Shown here: positions 50,901-63,056 of the stretch, piece after piece | Layout: each line of letters opens with the position of its first letter | Position numbering within the stretch: position 1 is the stretch's first letter | Source of the DNA: Aplysia californica | Taxonomy: Eukaryota | NCBI RefSeq assembly: GCF_000002075.1 | Contig: NW_004798235.1 | Span: 108,285 to 172,284 of the forward strand | Direction of reading: 5' to 3' | DNA length: 64,000 nucleotides | The notes under the pieces: generated by a model | Database searches by the model: none | Seen by the model: the letters and a program-made list of their open reading frames with translations, nothing else | What the model was told of the DNA's origin: nothing | Made by a program: the position numbers and the translations under genes

Positions 50901-53803
50901 CCTAATTCATCTTCCCAGAGGACGCAGTAGGAAAGAAGGTAAGAGCAACTCCCTTGTCTTAATTGAGGCTGGGTGGGGGGGGAAGGGGGAGGGGGGGGGG
51001 GGAGAAAATTTGTTAAAATAGCCTCCTGTGTTTTAAATCAACCCATGTGATGATTGTGCACATATGTAATGCCACTGTTTGAACAATCAATTTTATTTGA
51101 AAGTATTCCATCGCAATATCAAAGTTTTATTTTACACAGACCAACAGCTGTTCCCAAGTTCGCATACCAGGCCCATTTGCTCTGCACTTTCCTAGTACAA
51201 TGGTCTGCAGCTAAGAGCTTGGAGGGTAACAACATGATCCACCTGAAAGCATGCCGGCTACATTGATCCGAATTTTTTCTATGCAAGTTATCACCACTTA
51301 TAAGAGCAAGTCCTAGACTGACAACTCGTTTTAAATTGATAGCATGATCTATTCTGTGCTAGTATCAGAAACGGATCGACCATAAAAATGCCTCATTTCA
51401 CTTGGAACTGATGGAAGCGAAGCAAACTCTGTATGCTCATCCTTTATTCATGGAAATTGCAGTTTTGCTAGGAAGAAAGAGATATAAGGAAATGCTGTGA
51501 AACAGAACTGAGCAATAAGGAAAACAGTGCCCGGCCATGTGTGGCAGGCAGACAGTGCTGACCTGTAGCTTGCCAAGCGCGCGTCGTCTGCGTGTCAGCA
51601 CAGCCACACTGTGCTTTGGCTTCTGTGTCTGAGTGAGCACCCTCTGTGTGTCAGCACAGCCGCACAAGGCTAGAAGCACACAAGCCTACGAATGTAAATG
51701 AACAGTCGAAACTAGGTCAACCTCTCGATTCAAAATTTTAAGGTAGGATAAAGTGCATTTCTTGGGATTTTGTGGTCAAGTGTTGATGCTAGCATCAATA
51801 TCTAATAGTAAAGCACCTAATAATACTTACTTCTTGCTGATTTTGATGATCTGTGAAGAATTTCAGTCGAAAATACACACCAAGCGAGGCTGCGTGCTAG
51901 ACATGTCAGGCGTGTTTTACAACACTGTTGAATAGCTCGTCTGACGCTTCGGGCAGCTCAGCTGACAACAGACAGACCACACAGTGACGCTGCTCAAGCA
52001 CACGATAATGTATACGTTCATTTGCACGGTGCGAGCTAGGTGAGCTACAGGTCAGACCTACAGAGCCACTCGGGGACCGGCCTAAGAAAACTTCACACCT
52101 CGGGGTGAGCTCAGCTCGTTGATTCAAGCCACTGCAGGAGATCAGATGCTAGGCGGTTTCCATTCTGAATTCTTTTAGAAGCAAGTTTGCATAAGAGCAT
52201 GGTTTTCTTTACACCATAGTAGCCAGAGACTACTGTATTCACCAAGTTTATTATAAATGCGTGCTCTTTTAGTAGTTAAGATACATAGTACAACATGACT
52301 TGACCGTTGCAGTATGTTCTTATAAGATCAGCTGTCGTTCATTTTCATGTCCTAGTGAGTAACGTAGTCTCTTTAATTTGTTGACACAATGGGTTTTCCT
52401 ACAATAGCACTGTTTTTTTTAGTGGGTTTTTTTTTGCAACGAGTGATACAATTGTTCTTGTTTCAGACACGAGAAAGAAGAGGAAATATCAGGAACTATC
52501 ACTGCACAAAGAAAAATTACTCGTTTATGTGTGTCCTCGAGCAAGCTCATCCGTTCTACATCTAAGTCAGGTATGCCAGTCAGTTGGAATGTTATATTTT
52601 GTAAGCCCAAGATTCCTAAACTTCTATGTTGTTTGTACATGTCTCCTAAATTAGTACTTTTTATCGTAATCTCTAACTTATTGAAAATATGTTTTTTTTA
52701 AAGGGGGAATTCTATTTTTTTAAATTCTCTTTTGTCCGTAAGCTATGATGTTAGTTTTATGTCTCTGAAAAATGAACCAAATAAAAAAATTGAAATAGAA
52801 ACAGAAATTTTATGAAGTATATCTGTCTTTCTGACTCTCCCTGAATGGCAGCTTTGAACAAATTGGCCTCCTGAATCATTTAAATTGTGTTGATAGGGGA
52901 GTGTATTACATAAACTATGATTATTCAGACACACATTTCCAGTTGGTATGATCTCTACCTTCTTTCACTCCTTTCTTGTTCAATTTTGCCCTTATTATTG
53001 GGGCGGGAGTTTCGTCTTCAATCACAACAATCTGTTTGTGTCTTGTAGGGGGTTCGACTCATTCAAAAGAAATTTAAGAAAAAAATCCAAACGAAATGTG
53101 ACTCATTCTGTAGTGAGGTAACAAAAACACAGAGACGTTTGCTTCTTAAACCAATAGAGATGCTTGTGTGAATTTACTTACTCTGCTTTTCTGTTTTGCT
53201 GATGCAACATATCTCCTGATTTTTTTCTTTCTATTTGCATTTGAATAAAGATATATTGTGATTTTTTTTTTTTCCCAGCATAATCTAACATTTATTGAAA
53301 ATGGGAATCTTTTTCCTTTGAGGTCTTTCTTCCTTTCTTATTTCTCCTATACCACTGCTTGCCAACTTGGGTTATGTTGTCCACTCATGGATGATGTGGT
53401 AATTTTGGTGGACGATAGGGTCAGGTGGTGACAGGTATTATTTAATTCCATGCTTAGAAATACATGTAGATGGGTAGTATGAAAATTTCAGAGAAGGCAA
53501 AAATGCACACTGACTTTTAAAAAGTTGATGAATACTGTTTTGTACCTATTTGCTGTTACTTTACCAATCAAGTGTTCTACTTTTGAGGGTATTGTGTCTG
53601 TTTCTTATGAAGTACTGAAATTCAAACTGAGCCACTCCAATCCAAGTGAGAGCATTAACGTTATTTTTGTTTGTCCACAGCTGGTCAACAATGACATAGG
53701 AGAAAATGGATCTGTGAATGACATCAGCAAGTATTTCGTGTCCTCTGAGGGATCCAACCACATGTCTAAAGGGGTAGCTTCCACTTCCACAGCCTGCAGC
53801 TGA
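41930..53803 (+). CDS. SLX4IP: SLX4IP-like (UPF0492) protein, ~196 aa (212 with the optional exon); may continue beyond the last exon shown
   Basis: Exons 41930-41989, 44946-45047, [45363-45410 optional], 46083-46191, 50846-50938, 52467-52570, 53681-53803, phase compatible. FQVEVLP..DWFKAQHFQEMLELL..VLTGSTVRIACSF..QELSLHKEKLLVYVCP parallels, in order, human SLX4IP LVDLHILP..SWFSEQKKEEVCLLL..LSLKGYGFQITAYF..AELCVFPDRFVVCVS (alignment from memory). Confidence 0.65.
42063..43943. mobile_element. Tc1/mariner-pogo type non-autonomous element hosting a nested MITE
   Basis: TA-CAGTCGAACCTG ... CAGGTTTGACTG-TG ends (right TA degenerate) and internal GGCCACC/GGTCAC repeats. Confidence 0.65.
42474..43039. 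mobile_element. MULE-like foldback MITE with 9-bp TSD
   Basis: TSD ATAATTGAT at 42465-42473 and 43040-43048. Ends CGAAGTGGCTAGCCGTACTTAA / TTAAGTACGGCTAGCCTCTTCC. Internal arrays of the palindrome AGTCTAGCCGTACTTAAGTACGGCTAGACT. Confidence 0.8.
44455..44760 (+). mobile_element. Decayed RTE-type RT fragment
   Basis: NLDFVDDLALL ... LENVESFCYL remnants with a frameshift. Confidence 0.65.
45960..46078 (+). mobile_element. L2-like 3' end abutting a splice acceptor
   Basis: GTAAAACACCTAGAGCTGTG...GGCGATATGAAAATG-(TAT)n resembles the L2 tail at 59000-59065 (minus strand). Confidence 0.6.
46329..47155. mobile_element. Tigger/pogo-like MITE
   Basis: TA-CAGTGGAACTCGGATTCAACGAG ... CTCGTTAAATCCGATTTCCACTG-TA. 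Confidence 0.88.
47507..50544 (+). mobile_element. 3-kb non-autonomous DNA transposon, 30-bp perfect TIRs, 7-bp TSD (P-element-like)
   Basis: TIR CCAAGACGGACTAAGACAAGACGAGACAAC at 47507-47536 and its inverse at 50515-50544. TSD GTAGAAG at 47500-47506 and 50545-50551. Remnant FENVVTYSSGYFLGKV at 49691-49738. Confidence 0.82.
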
Positions 53804-53851
53804 GAAGATGGGTGGGGTGGGGAAAGGGGAGGGGGGATGTTTGGGTAGACC

Positions 53852-54099
53852 TTAACCCTACCCGTACATCGTGTTTTACAATCATATCCAGGCGACGCGG
53901 GGAACTCTGTGCCACCACTTTCCAGAGAGGAAATTTACTCGTTAATCCAATCCGTATGCTTTGCATAGCAATCTATCAAAATGATTTTTTGAGAAATACT
54001 GAAAGTTTCAAAGAGATCTTCATACTATAAGTATTCTAAACTGTGAAGAATATAACCTCAGGGGTACAAAATGACCCCAGGGCGTACGGATTGGGTTAA
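53852..54099 (+). repeat. Left arm of a ~245-bp inverted repeat, piggyBac-MITE-like
   Basis: TTAA-CCCTACCCGTAC ... GGGGTACAAAATGACCCC ... GTACGGATTGGG-TTAA. About 90% identical by eye to the reverse complement of 62337-62586. Confidence 0.88.
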
Positions 54100-54999
54100 G
54101 TATGTGACTTAAGTGGCCATATGCACATGATATTGGTCATTCCTCCCTTTTGTGTTCAAAAGCGTGACATAGCACATCAAAATTTAAACTCGACTTGCTG
54201 CGTTCCTATTTAAGGATTGTTTCGTTTAATATTGTAACGATCATCATAGAAAATCTCAGACCTGTACGGTGAACCATGTTTTAGATGTAGATGTTTTCGT
54301 TATGTAACACACATTGTTAGAATTGTGACGTGGACATAACAAAATTGCCAATAAATAACAAATGCAAGGTATTTTTGAACAGGAAATGTCAAATGTCCTT
54401 TTATTACGCCATCAGCAAATGGAAAATATGAGAAACTTAAAAGAATTATAATAAGAAATGGTATCATTAAAAAACAAAATGTCAGAAATGTGACTGGACA
54501 AAATTAGTAAAAAAAAGGTTTACAAAAAGTTTCCATACATGACACAGTTGCAAGCAAATCGGACCGAAAAATTGTTCAAAGGGTCCATTAGTAAAATATT
54601 AAAATGACTTGCAAAGAAAAACCCATGAAAAATCTGAATGAATCAGTCTTACAAGGGAAAAATGTTTTTTGTCCTAATTGTGACATGGACAAAGTAAAAC
54701 AAAGGTTTTCGTATATATAAATAAATAGTTAATGCTCTAAATCTTTCAAATCCCGTGGACTTCCTTAGTTCACAGGTTGACACAAAGTGAAAACTTAAAA
54801 ACAAAACTTAAAAAATAAAATTGCCAAAGAGAGGCGAAAAACTTATATTTTCATTTCAAATGTGACTGGACAAAAAAAAAGCCGAAACAAAGATCAGCTT
54901 TTTTACACCCTAAATTATCAGTGCAGTAGGCCCTACTACATTGTCAGGAGCCAACACTCAATAATAACCCGATTGAAATGAGAATAAACCTTGAACCTT

Positions 55000-55200
55000 C
55001 CAGTAGCCTAGTGGTTAGGCTACCGGACTCGTAATCGTGAGATTGCGGGTTCGGGGGTTCGAGCCTCTGCTCGGTCCGAAGTTGTGTCTTAGGGAAAGAC
55101 ACTTTACACGAACTTCCCACTTGGCTCGGTCCTATCGGAGATGGACGTTAAACTAGGAGGTCCCGCCTCTTAAATAGTGTTGATAGGGGCGTTAAACTCA
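55000..55200 (+). mobile_element. tRNA-derived SINE with CORE-like body
   Basis: GTAGCCTAGTGGTTAGG A box, GGTTCGAGCC B box, GAAAGACACTTTACAC, GGCGTTAAAC tail. Confidence 0.7.
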
Positions 55201-58200
55201 TACCATTTCACCATTTTTTTTAACCTTCCAAAGACATTATTCTATGGAGAACTTGCCCCAGAGAAAGAGACCAAGAGGAAAGCCAAAATTGAGGTACAAA
55301 GACACCTGCAAAACAGCTTATATCTAAATTTGGAGTAGATATCAACATCTGGGAACAAAAAGCTGAGGACAGGAAAACATAGGGGAAAATTGTAATGGGA
55401 AGATCTCTTCAATGCAAGAAAATTTTTCGACAAGGAAGCAGCTCAGAAACAACCAGGCTAAGAAGCGCCAACATGGAAATGCAAAGTTTCGATCCACCTC
55501 ACTGACATGTAAGCACTGCGGCACAATCTTCACTTCAAACATATGAACAATACAAATTGCAGGAAGACAACCTTGAGACCATCTGCATAGACAGAAAGAG
55601 CCGTGCAATACACAATTGACAAGATACAGAAAACGAAATTTAACATAAAGATAAAACATCTGGTTTAAGGAACATTCTCTCCCGGGCATCTAGGGTTGGG
55701 GCATCTACTATTGATAGGGAGTAAAGCGCCATCCACCCTATGTCATCCACTGCTGGCCAGAAAAAGTATTGCCCATTCTTCCTACAGAATTTTATCTGGG
55801 CTTCTCTCTCATCTACAGCAAAGACCTGTGGAGGGAATCATGGAGGAAATTATTAATCAAAAGTCAATGAAGTAATGATGAATCTAAAAGGGTATACTAA
55901 AGTTGGCCCATAGTTTCACTTTGATATTCAATAAAATTTTGGTTATGATCAGTACTGACTGTTGACTGTGGTGCAATGGCTAGTCTCTTTGCCTCTTACG
56001 CAGAACAACTGAGTTTGATCCAACATGGGGACAAGCATCTATCTTTCTGTCGGGATTCATACCTCTCACCTCAGGTTGACCCGGAGAGGAAGGGTCGATT
56101 GCGAGGGATGTAAAACAAAACAAAAAACCAAACCAAACCAGTACAGTGTCAAAGTCAATTGCTCTTTTATCTTTGTCACTGATGCAGCTGCTGTCATGGT
56201 AGGCCTACCGGTATCTCAGTTTTTGCTTTAATAGTGTAGTTACTTCAGCCAATGGCTCACTGAGTGGATACTTGAAAGATCATGACTGTTTAGAGGAAAT
56301 TCCATATATATACAAACAAGCTGTTCCTTCATGCATTCATATTTTTGGTGTACAAAATGATGTTTGTCATACAGGAACATTGATAATACACTCACTAGAC
56401 GAAGAAATCTCCGCACCGTCTTTCTGGGAAATGTTGCTAGAATGTACGAGTAGCTTCCTGGCTGGATAGTTTTCTGGAAGAAAAGCAAGACAGTCAACAT
56501 TTTGTCCACAACTAAAAAGCATGATAGTTTATATTCTACCAATACAACAAAGAAAAAGAAACCAACCCACTATGATTAATTCTTTGTAGTCCTAGGCCTT
56601 AAAAGTTTTTCACTCTTGTAGACATCTGTAGGCATCGTGTTGCTTTTCAAAATTTGTGGAGAGTTATCAAATTTAATATAGCTAGACTTATGGATTGTGA
56701 ACCAGCAAAAAGTAGTTTCCTACCTGTGTGGAATCGTCTTTGCCAACACTGTCAGACACACTTTCCGATGGCTTCACATTCTCGGTTAGACTCACATCCG
56801 CATCAGACGGAATCTTGAGAGAAAGACGAAGGGGGATAAGAGGATTATTCACAGTTGGGAGAAGAAGAAAATGCAAACAAAGAATGTTTAGAATGGCAAT
56901 TCGTGGGGATGGGGAGGGGGGGTAATGGCCTTAGATTGTTATAGTGAGGCTGCCACTCCTTTCCGACTCTCATAAACTCTTCTTTCTGAAGCTGAAATGA
57001 TCTAGGCATGACAATAGTAGGGCCTACTATAAAACTTGAACTCAGACACAATACATTACAACATACATTGAGTGTGTGAAACTAAAGATCTAGACATTTT
57101 ACTTACATTGAAGTCATTCAGATAATTCAAAAGCGAGACAGACGATTCATTGAGTTCACTTCCCAAGGCTTTTTATCCGTTGTTGTCAATCTCTCCTTGA
57201 GGTACATCAAGGTCCTGTAGAGAGCACAAACATACATTTTATTGTAGAGTCACAATACATATTGTTTGGTTTCAGACTTAATTTCTCTTGCACCTCTGTA
57301 AGGTCATATACAGGACGGGCTGCTTCGACCCTGTCTGTGTGTGCCAATCTGGGCTGAGAAGGACACTATCCCAACCCAAAAAACAGAGATTCAATTCAAC
57401 AAACTGCCGCGTGTGGGGGGCCTTGAACTCCCGTCCCCTGCATGAAAGGCGTCGAGCTTAACCATTACACCAGAAGCTAGTTCACTGTACACAGAGCTTT
57501 ACTTTCTCTTGCAAACTAGCACCTATAATATTTGGAAGCAAAGAAATGACTCGTAAAAAAGTGATGTGGGTCATAAAAATAGTTTTGTAAGAGAATGTAA
57601 TAGTAATAGGGACCTGAAGTTAGCTGTTGGTGAATTTTGCCGAGCATTTTTAAACACACAAAAAAGCAAAAACATGAAAAGAAAAAAAAAGCATTCAGTA
57701 CTTACAGCATCCTCTCCATTGGCTACTTCTGTGTTGTTAGTCGTGTTGACCACTGCATCTTCACGAACTGGTCGTCGCGGTTTCTGAAAATATTAAAGAA
57801 TGAATTTGTGCGCAGGGCAGGCAAAATAAAGTTGGAACAAAATCTTTTAAAATTCTTAGATTAAAGTTTATTTCCTTCATTCACCAGCATGCTGTTTTAA
57901 AAACCATGAAAGTTAAATGTACAATGTACTCATGTGGGAAAAAAGTATGAAGCTCACCAAGGGTAAGTAAATGGTACAAAATATCTTGTACTGCTTATGA
58001 ATAACTATTTTCTGTGCATTGACAATGCTATGGAAGAAACTGTTGCCTTTTCACTTTTCTTTCATCATTCTACTATCGTCATTTCCTCTACGTCTTTTGT
58101 ATATTTGTCACTCTCTTTTTCCGGGATTTCTTGATAGTTGAAGAAGACTTTGTGCTGTTGAGGCTAGAGCGGTGAGCAGAGTAAGCCTGATTCCCCGTTT

Positions 58201-58996
58201 GGACTTTTCTGTTGACATCCACCACTTGGCGCTCATATGACTGTGTGCAGTTGTGAGCGCCGTAAAATCTTACTAAAACAAAGTACAGCTTTACAAAAAT
58301 AGAAGAAAAAAAAAGAGGAAATGTATGAAATGTTGACTTGGCTCTAAATGCTTACCTTGCCTCTCTTGGTGGTAGCACTGGTAGCCATGTTATGCTCGTG
58401 CCACGGCTCCACATAGTCACTGTTCGAGCACTGGCTGGGTTCTTGAGCCTCGCACCCTTGGCAGAAGCAGCTCAAGTTTCGGAGCACAAAAGAGCCTCCC
58501 TCTGCCTTGACAACATGGAGAACCCGTGTCCCGGGCAGGGTCTTGATGACGTCTTGCTTCCGTCTTCGTTCTGCTTCAACGGCTACTGTGTCCACATACA
58601 GAAATGTTCTCTTGTAGTGGACACAGCTACCGCCCAAGGAGAGCCGGTCACGGGCAAAAGCAAACATGTTCTCTGGTGTCTGTATCAAGACCCGCCGACA
58701 TTTGACAGCTCTAGTTGCTGCCGATTTTAGTACAGCGGATTCACCATCGGACGGGTTCTTTCCGTGTCGACTTCCAAAGAAGTGCCTCTCGATTGGCAGA
58801 CCTAGAAGTAGTAGAAGCTCCGGGCTCTGCTGAATATGAAAAAAAGGCTGCCTGCTTTTATACTGAGCAGCACATCCGTCCAAAAATTGGACGAAGCGGT
58901 CGAAGGACCCTCTGGACTTCATGTGCACCAGTGCCGCTTTTGTATATACCTGGACAGCGGCGGCATCGTACTGCAGGTCATTAGATATGATAACTA

Positions 58997-60272
58997 TAAT
59001 GATAATAATGAAGATCATTTCTATAGCGCCCACTCCCGTGTAAACACAGCTCTAGGCGCTTTACATAAATGCATGTAAGAAAAATATTCATGCACGCGAC
59101 ACACACACACACTCACACACACACACACTCATATACACACAAACACACACACATATACATATACACACACACAAACACACGCATACACACTCACGAATAC
59201 ATAACACGCACACATGTATNNNNNNNNNNNNNNNNNNNNNNNNNNNNNNNNNNNNNNNNNNNNNNNNNNNNNNNNNNNNNNNNNNNNNNNNNNNNNNNNN
59301 NNNNNNNNNNNNNNNNNNNNNNNNNNNNNNNNNNNNNNNNNNNNNNNNNNNNNNCACGATTACACATCGTCACGAAATGAGAATAAAATAATATATATAC
59401 ACTGCAATTCACAAAATACATAAATGGATACATAGACATTTACATAACATTGTATTGAACATGAATCTACTGACTTAAAAAGGATGTCATTAAATGTGTC
59501 TTTAAAGATTTTTTAAATTTAGACTCAGATTCAGATGTTGTATGTCCCAAGGGTTGGGGAAGAGAGTTCCAAACTGACGGAGCAAGGTGGGCGAACGATC
59601 TTTCGGCTAATTTTTTAACACCTTTTCTAGGAACTCGTAAAAGATACTGGTCGCCTGATCTTAGTGATCTAGATGGAACATAAATCTGGGTGAGATCCCT
59701 AAGATATGAGGGAGCTTTGTTATTGACACATTTGTGACATAATATAGCAATTTTATATGACATTCTAGCTGACACGGGAAGCCAATGCAACGTTCTTAAC
59801 ATGGGAGTAATGTGGTCCCTCTTCTTTTTCTTTAGTACAAGCCTAGCAGCATGATTTTGAAAACGTTGTAACTTGTGAAGAGAGGTATTTGGTAAGTTAG
59901 CTAGTAAAGCATTGCAATAATCGATGCGTGAAAACAAGAAAGATGACACGAGCGTTTTCAACGAGTGTTCGTTCAAAAACATAGACATATGACCAATTCT
60001 ACGCAATTCACAAAATAAAATGGTACATAAATAATTGATATGATGTTCCATTGACAATTTTGAATCAAAATACACTCCTAGATTTTTTGCTTTGTTAGTA
60101 AAATACAGTGTTTCATTTTCAGTACAAATATGATCAATGTCTACGGGGATATGGCCTTTCTTTGGGTTACATAACAGAATTTCAGTTTTATTTTCATTAA
60201 GCTGGAGCTTATTATCAACCATCCACTTTTTGATGTCATCAATACACAGACCCATCGTAGTAAGCAAGGTTA
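58997..60272 (-). mobile_element. 5'-truncated L2/CR1-group LINE inserted in the transposase
   Basis: WMVDNKLQLNENKTE, KNLGVYFDSKL, SRIDYCNALL, HITPMLRTLHWLPV. 3' end GTAAAGCGCC...GCGCTATAGAAAT-(ATT)n. Splits IHPIVFYYQCASCASTTTE from IVIISNDLQYD. Confidence 0.88.
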
Positions 60273-61242
60273 CTCTGTTGTTGTGGAGGCACAGGATGCA
60301 CACTGATAATAAAACACAATGGGGTGAATGGTTACCTGGAGGTAATTCCAATGTGCACTCTGCGCCTCATCTTGGCTGGAGCAACGGTAGTTTTCCGCGA
60401 AGTCCAGTACAGCCAGAAGCTCTCCTTCTCGCATGGATGTCTTTTTGTTGAGGAACTGGCTGTACTGCCATTGCGCTCGAAAGATATGAAGAGGAAATTT
60501 CCCCAGCTCCTCCCTTAAAGCAGGTTCAAAAATAGAAAAAGCTGAAGTTTTCAGAATACGAGCCCTCCTCCTCACGACATTCTCTCCTCGCTTCACCTCC
60601 TTCATCCCCCATTCCCACAGGAAACTACAGTGTCTCTGTCCCCCTCCCTGACATTCTCCAACAGCTTCTGGGGGCCACAAACATTGCTCAGTCCAGCTTA
60701 ATGCAAGACAAATGATGGAATCTTGCTCCTGGGGCCCGAGGACACAGCATGAGGTGGAGAAGATGGTTTCGGTCTTTTCCAAGTGTTGTGATGCCTGCTT
60801 CAACGATGACTTTGAGTTTTAAATCTATGTTCTCGCAGATTTCGCAAAGAGCTAGGTTGAATTTCATGAATTGCTGTGTCTTGACAAACTGTGGTCTATT
60901 TTTGCAAAAAAACCCATGAAACTCACTTTTTCGTGTTTGGCAATATATTCGGTATAGAGGTCCATTAGCGATCTGAGGAGAATCCTCTTGGCACCTCGTG
61001 CCGCACCTCGCTTGAAGGGAAGTAGCCTCGAGTGTTCAAGAAAAAAACGTACAAACCTTTTTGGCCTTTGCCACGGAACCGAACGGTTTGCGTCTCATGA
61101 GATTTATGGTCTTTGAAGCCATGTGTCGGAGCCTGCTGGGTCTGTTTTGGAAATTAAGCACCTTTGCCAATTTCGGCTTGTGCTGCAGTTTTTTCGCTAA
61201 CAGCCGCTTGAATTGCAGCTGCTCCTGAGTACTCAGCCCATC

Positions 61243-61784
61243 TCTCTCTTCTCTCTTCTCTCTTGCCCTTTTTAACTCCCAGTGGAGCACAGGCACAGGA
61301 ACAACATTACTCCAGCGAAGCCTGTCCTGAGCATCCTTTTCTATCTGTTTCCATGATGTCCCCGCTTTTTCAATTTCCACTGATACCGCTCGCCTCCATG
61401 TCATCTTAGGTCTTCCCTTCTTACGCTTTCCTTGTGGGTTCCATGTTAAGGCCTGCCTGATGATACTTGTCGGGGGTCTCCTCAGGGTGTGTCCAATCCA
61501 TTTCCATTTCTTCACCTGAATATCTTCCATTACTGGCCTTTGGCTTGTTCTCTCCCACAGTTGAGCATTCGTGACTCGATCGTACCACTTGATCCCCACT
61601 ATCCTTCGTAGGCATCCATTTACGAAGCTCTGCAGTTTCCTTGCTGCTGATGCTGTGAGCCTCCATGTCTCTGAACCATACAGTAGAACAGTCTTCACGT
61701 TTGTTTTGAAGATCCTCAGTTCAATCCCAGTTCCTTAGATATCCATATATTCCTGAGAATGATGAATGCTGCTCTTGCCTTTTG
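61243..61784 (-). mobile_element. 5'-truncated RTE-clade LINE with 12-bp TSD
   Basis: VLLYGSETW, WIGHTLRR, WNPQGKRKKGRP. (AGAGA)n tail. TSD ACTCAGCCCATC at 61231-61242 and 61785-61796. Confidence 0.9.
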
Positions 61785-62336
61785 ACTCAGCCCATCATTA
61801 GACATAATTGTTTCTGTCAGGCTGACATACTCGGCGGAGCGCTGCGGTGTCTCCTGATATAGGTCTCCCACAGTTTCCTACCGTTTCGTTAGAGAAAGAG
61901 GAAGAGCCTTTTTCACCCTACTAAGGGCCTGCCTCCGAGCTTCAACGTTACGTCCTTCCCCACGATTCTCCGTGTCTCATTCTCATTATTAGCACTGCTG
62001 TTGTTTTTTTTGGCGTAATAACGCGCAAGAGCCTTTTTGTTAACTGCTCCTCTCTTCTGTGCTGTCCAGTCAAGCCTTTCCTGTCTTAAACGCTCTCTAT
62101 CTTTCTGTTTGAACTGCTCTACCTTCTTCTTCTTCTTCTCGATCGCATCACACTTGAAGTCCGGTATCTGTCATAAATTGGGCCGTCCTAGTCAGTTCAT
62201 CTGGCGGCCCGTATAGCTTCTCTTGTAGCGTCAGTGGGGTTGGCCACGTTTCCTGTCTCAGGGCCCTCCACTCTTACAGAGGCTACATGTGGGTAGCTAT
62301 AATAATATAGTGCATGAAGGGTGCTTTTTACTTATA

Positions 62337-62586
62337 TTAACTTTATCCGTACGCCCTGGGGTCATTTTGTACCCCCGGGGTTGTATTCTTCACATTTTAG
62401 AATACTTCTAGTACGAAGATCTCTTTGAAACTTTCAGTATTTCTCAAAAAATCATTTTGACAGACTGCTATGCAAAGCGTACGGATAGGATTAACAAGTA
62501 AATTTCCTCTTTGGAAAGTGGTGGCACAGAGTTCCCCATGTCGTATGGATATACGATAGTGAAACACGACGTACGGACAGGGTTAA
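62337..62586 (-). repeat. Right arm of the ~245-bp inverted repeat
   Basis: Reverse complement of 53852-54099, ending AGGG-TTAA. Confidence 0.88.
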
Positions 62587-62872
62587 GAAGATGGGTTTTT
62601 TAAAATAAAAATTTTCTTTAATCGAAAATTCTATTATGATTATATGATAACGTACACCTGTTCTGATGTACCTTTTAGGCTCAAGGCTTTGTCTGGTATG
62701 AACGAGACCATTAATGGCTTTTTTGATGACCAGAATATGAAAATGGTACATTTCTTTCCTGCAATATGGATCTTGTCCTTGTAAGTCGTTTTGTTGCGTA
62801 AAGTTCACAAATGACACAACTTATGACAGTGCTGTATCCTCTATTACTTCCCGGAGATAGAGACGTTTTCAT

Positions 62873-63056
62873 GTGGGTGGTTGGCGGGTGCTCTGGTGTG
62901 GTTTGCTTCTTCTTTCCTATCAGACGTCTTATCGTCTTTATCTCCCCTCCTTCTTTTTTGTGTTGTTTCTCTCTTGTAACACCTTTAATCTTCGGCACTT
63001 ATATGACTCATTATGACCTTATTGCGTTGCAAGTGCCGTGAAATTCTTACTAAAAT
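62873..63056 (+). mobile_element. 175-bp retroposon copy with TSD CGTTTTCAT
   Basis: 9-bp direct repeat before the 5' end and after the A-rich tail. Confidence 0.85.

Larger units (their letters stand above)
56240..62270 (-). pseudogene. Decayed, intron-containing Sola2-type DDD transposase gene
   Basis: K/R-rich N-terminus (~61800-62200), LCEICENIDLKL (~60820-60855), LDFAENY..QDEAQSAHW..QVTIHP (60270-60420), ISNDLQYD, FLDGCAAQYKS, FFGSRHGKNPSDG, LSCFCQGC (58356-58995), then phase-0 exons 57706-57783, 56724-56813, 56240-56473. Frameshifts, stops and two LINE insertions. Confidence 0.78.

Noticed and set aside
55000-57480. tRNA-like sequences at ~55000, ~55960 and ~57410 as tRNA genes
   Set aside because: Only A/B boxes are kept, there is no cloverleaf, and they continue into SINE bodies.
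53803-62596. Direct repeat AGAAGATGGGT near both ends of the 8.7-kb block as a TSD
   Set aside because: The left copy is ~40 bp away from the arm; TTAA is the immediate flank.
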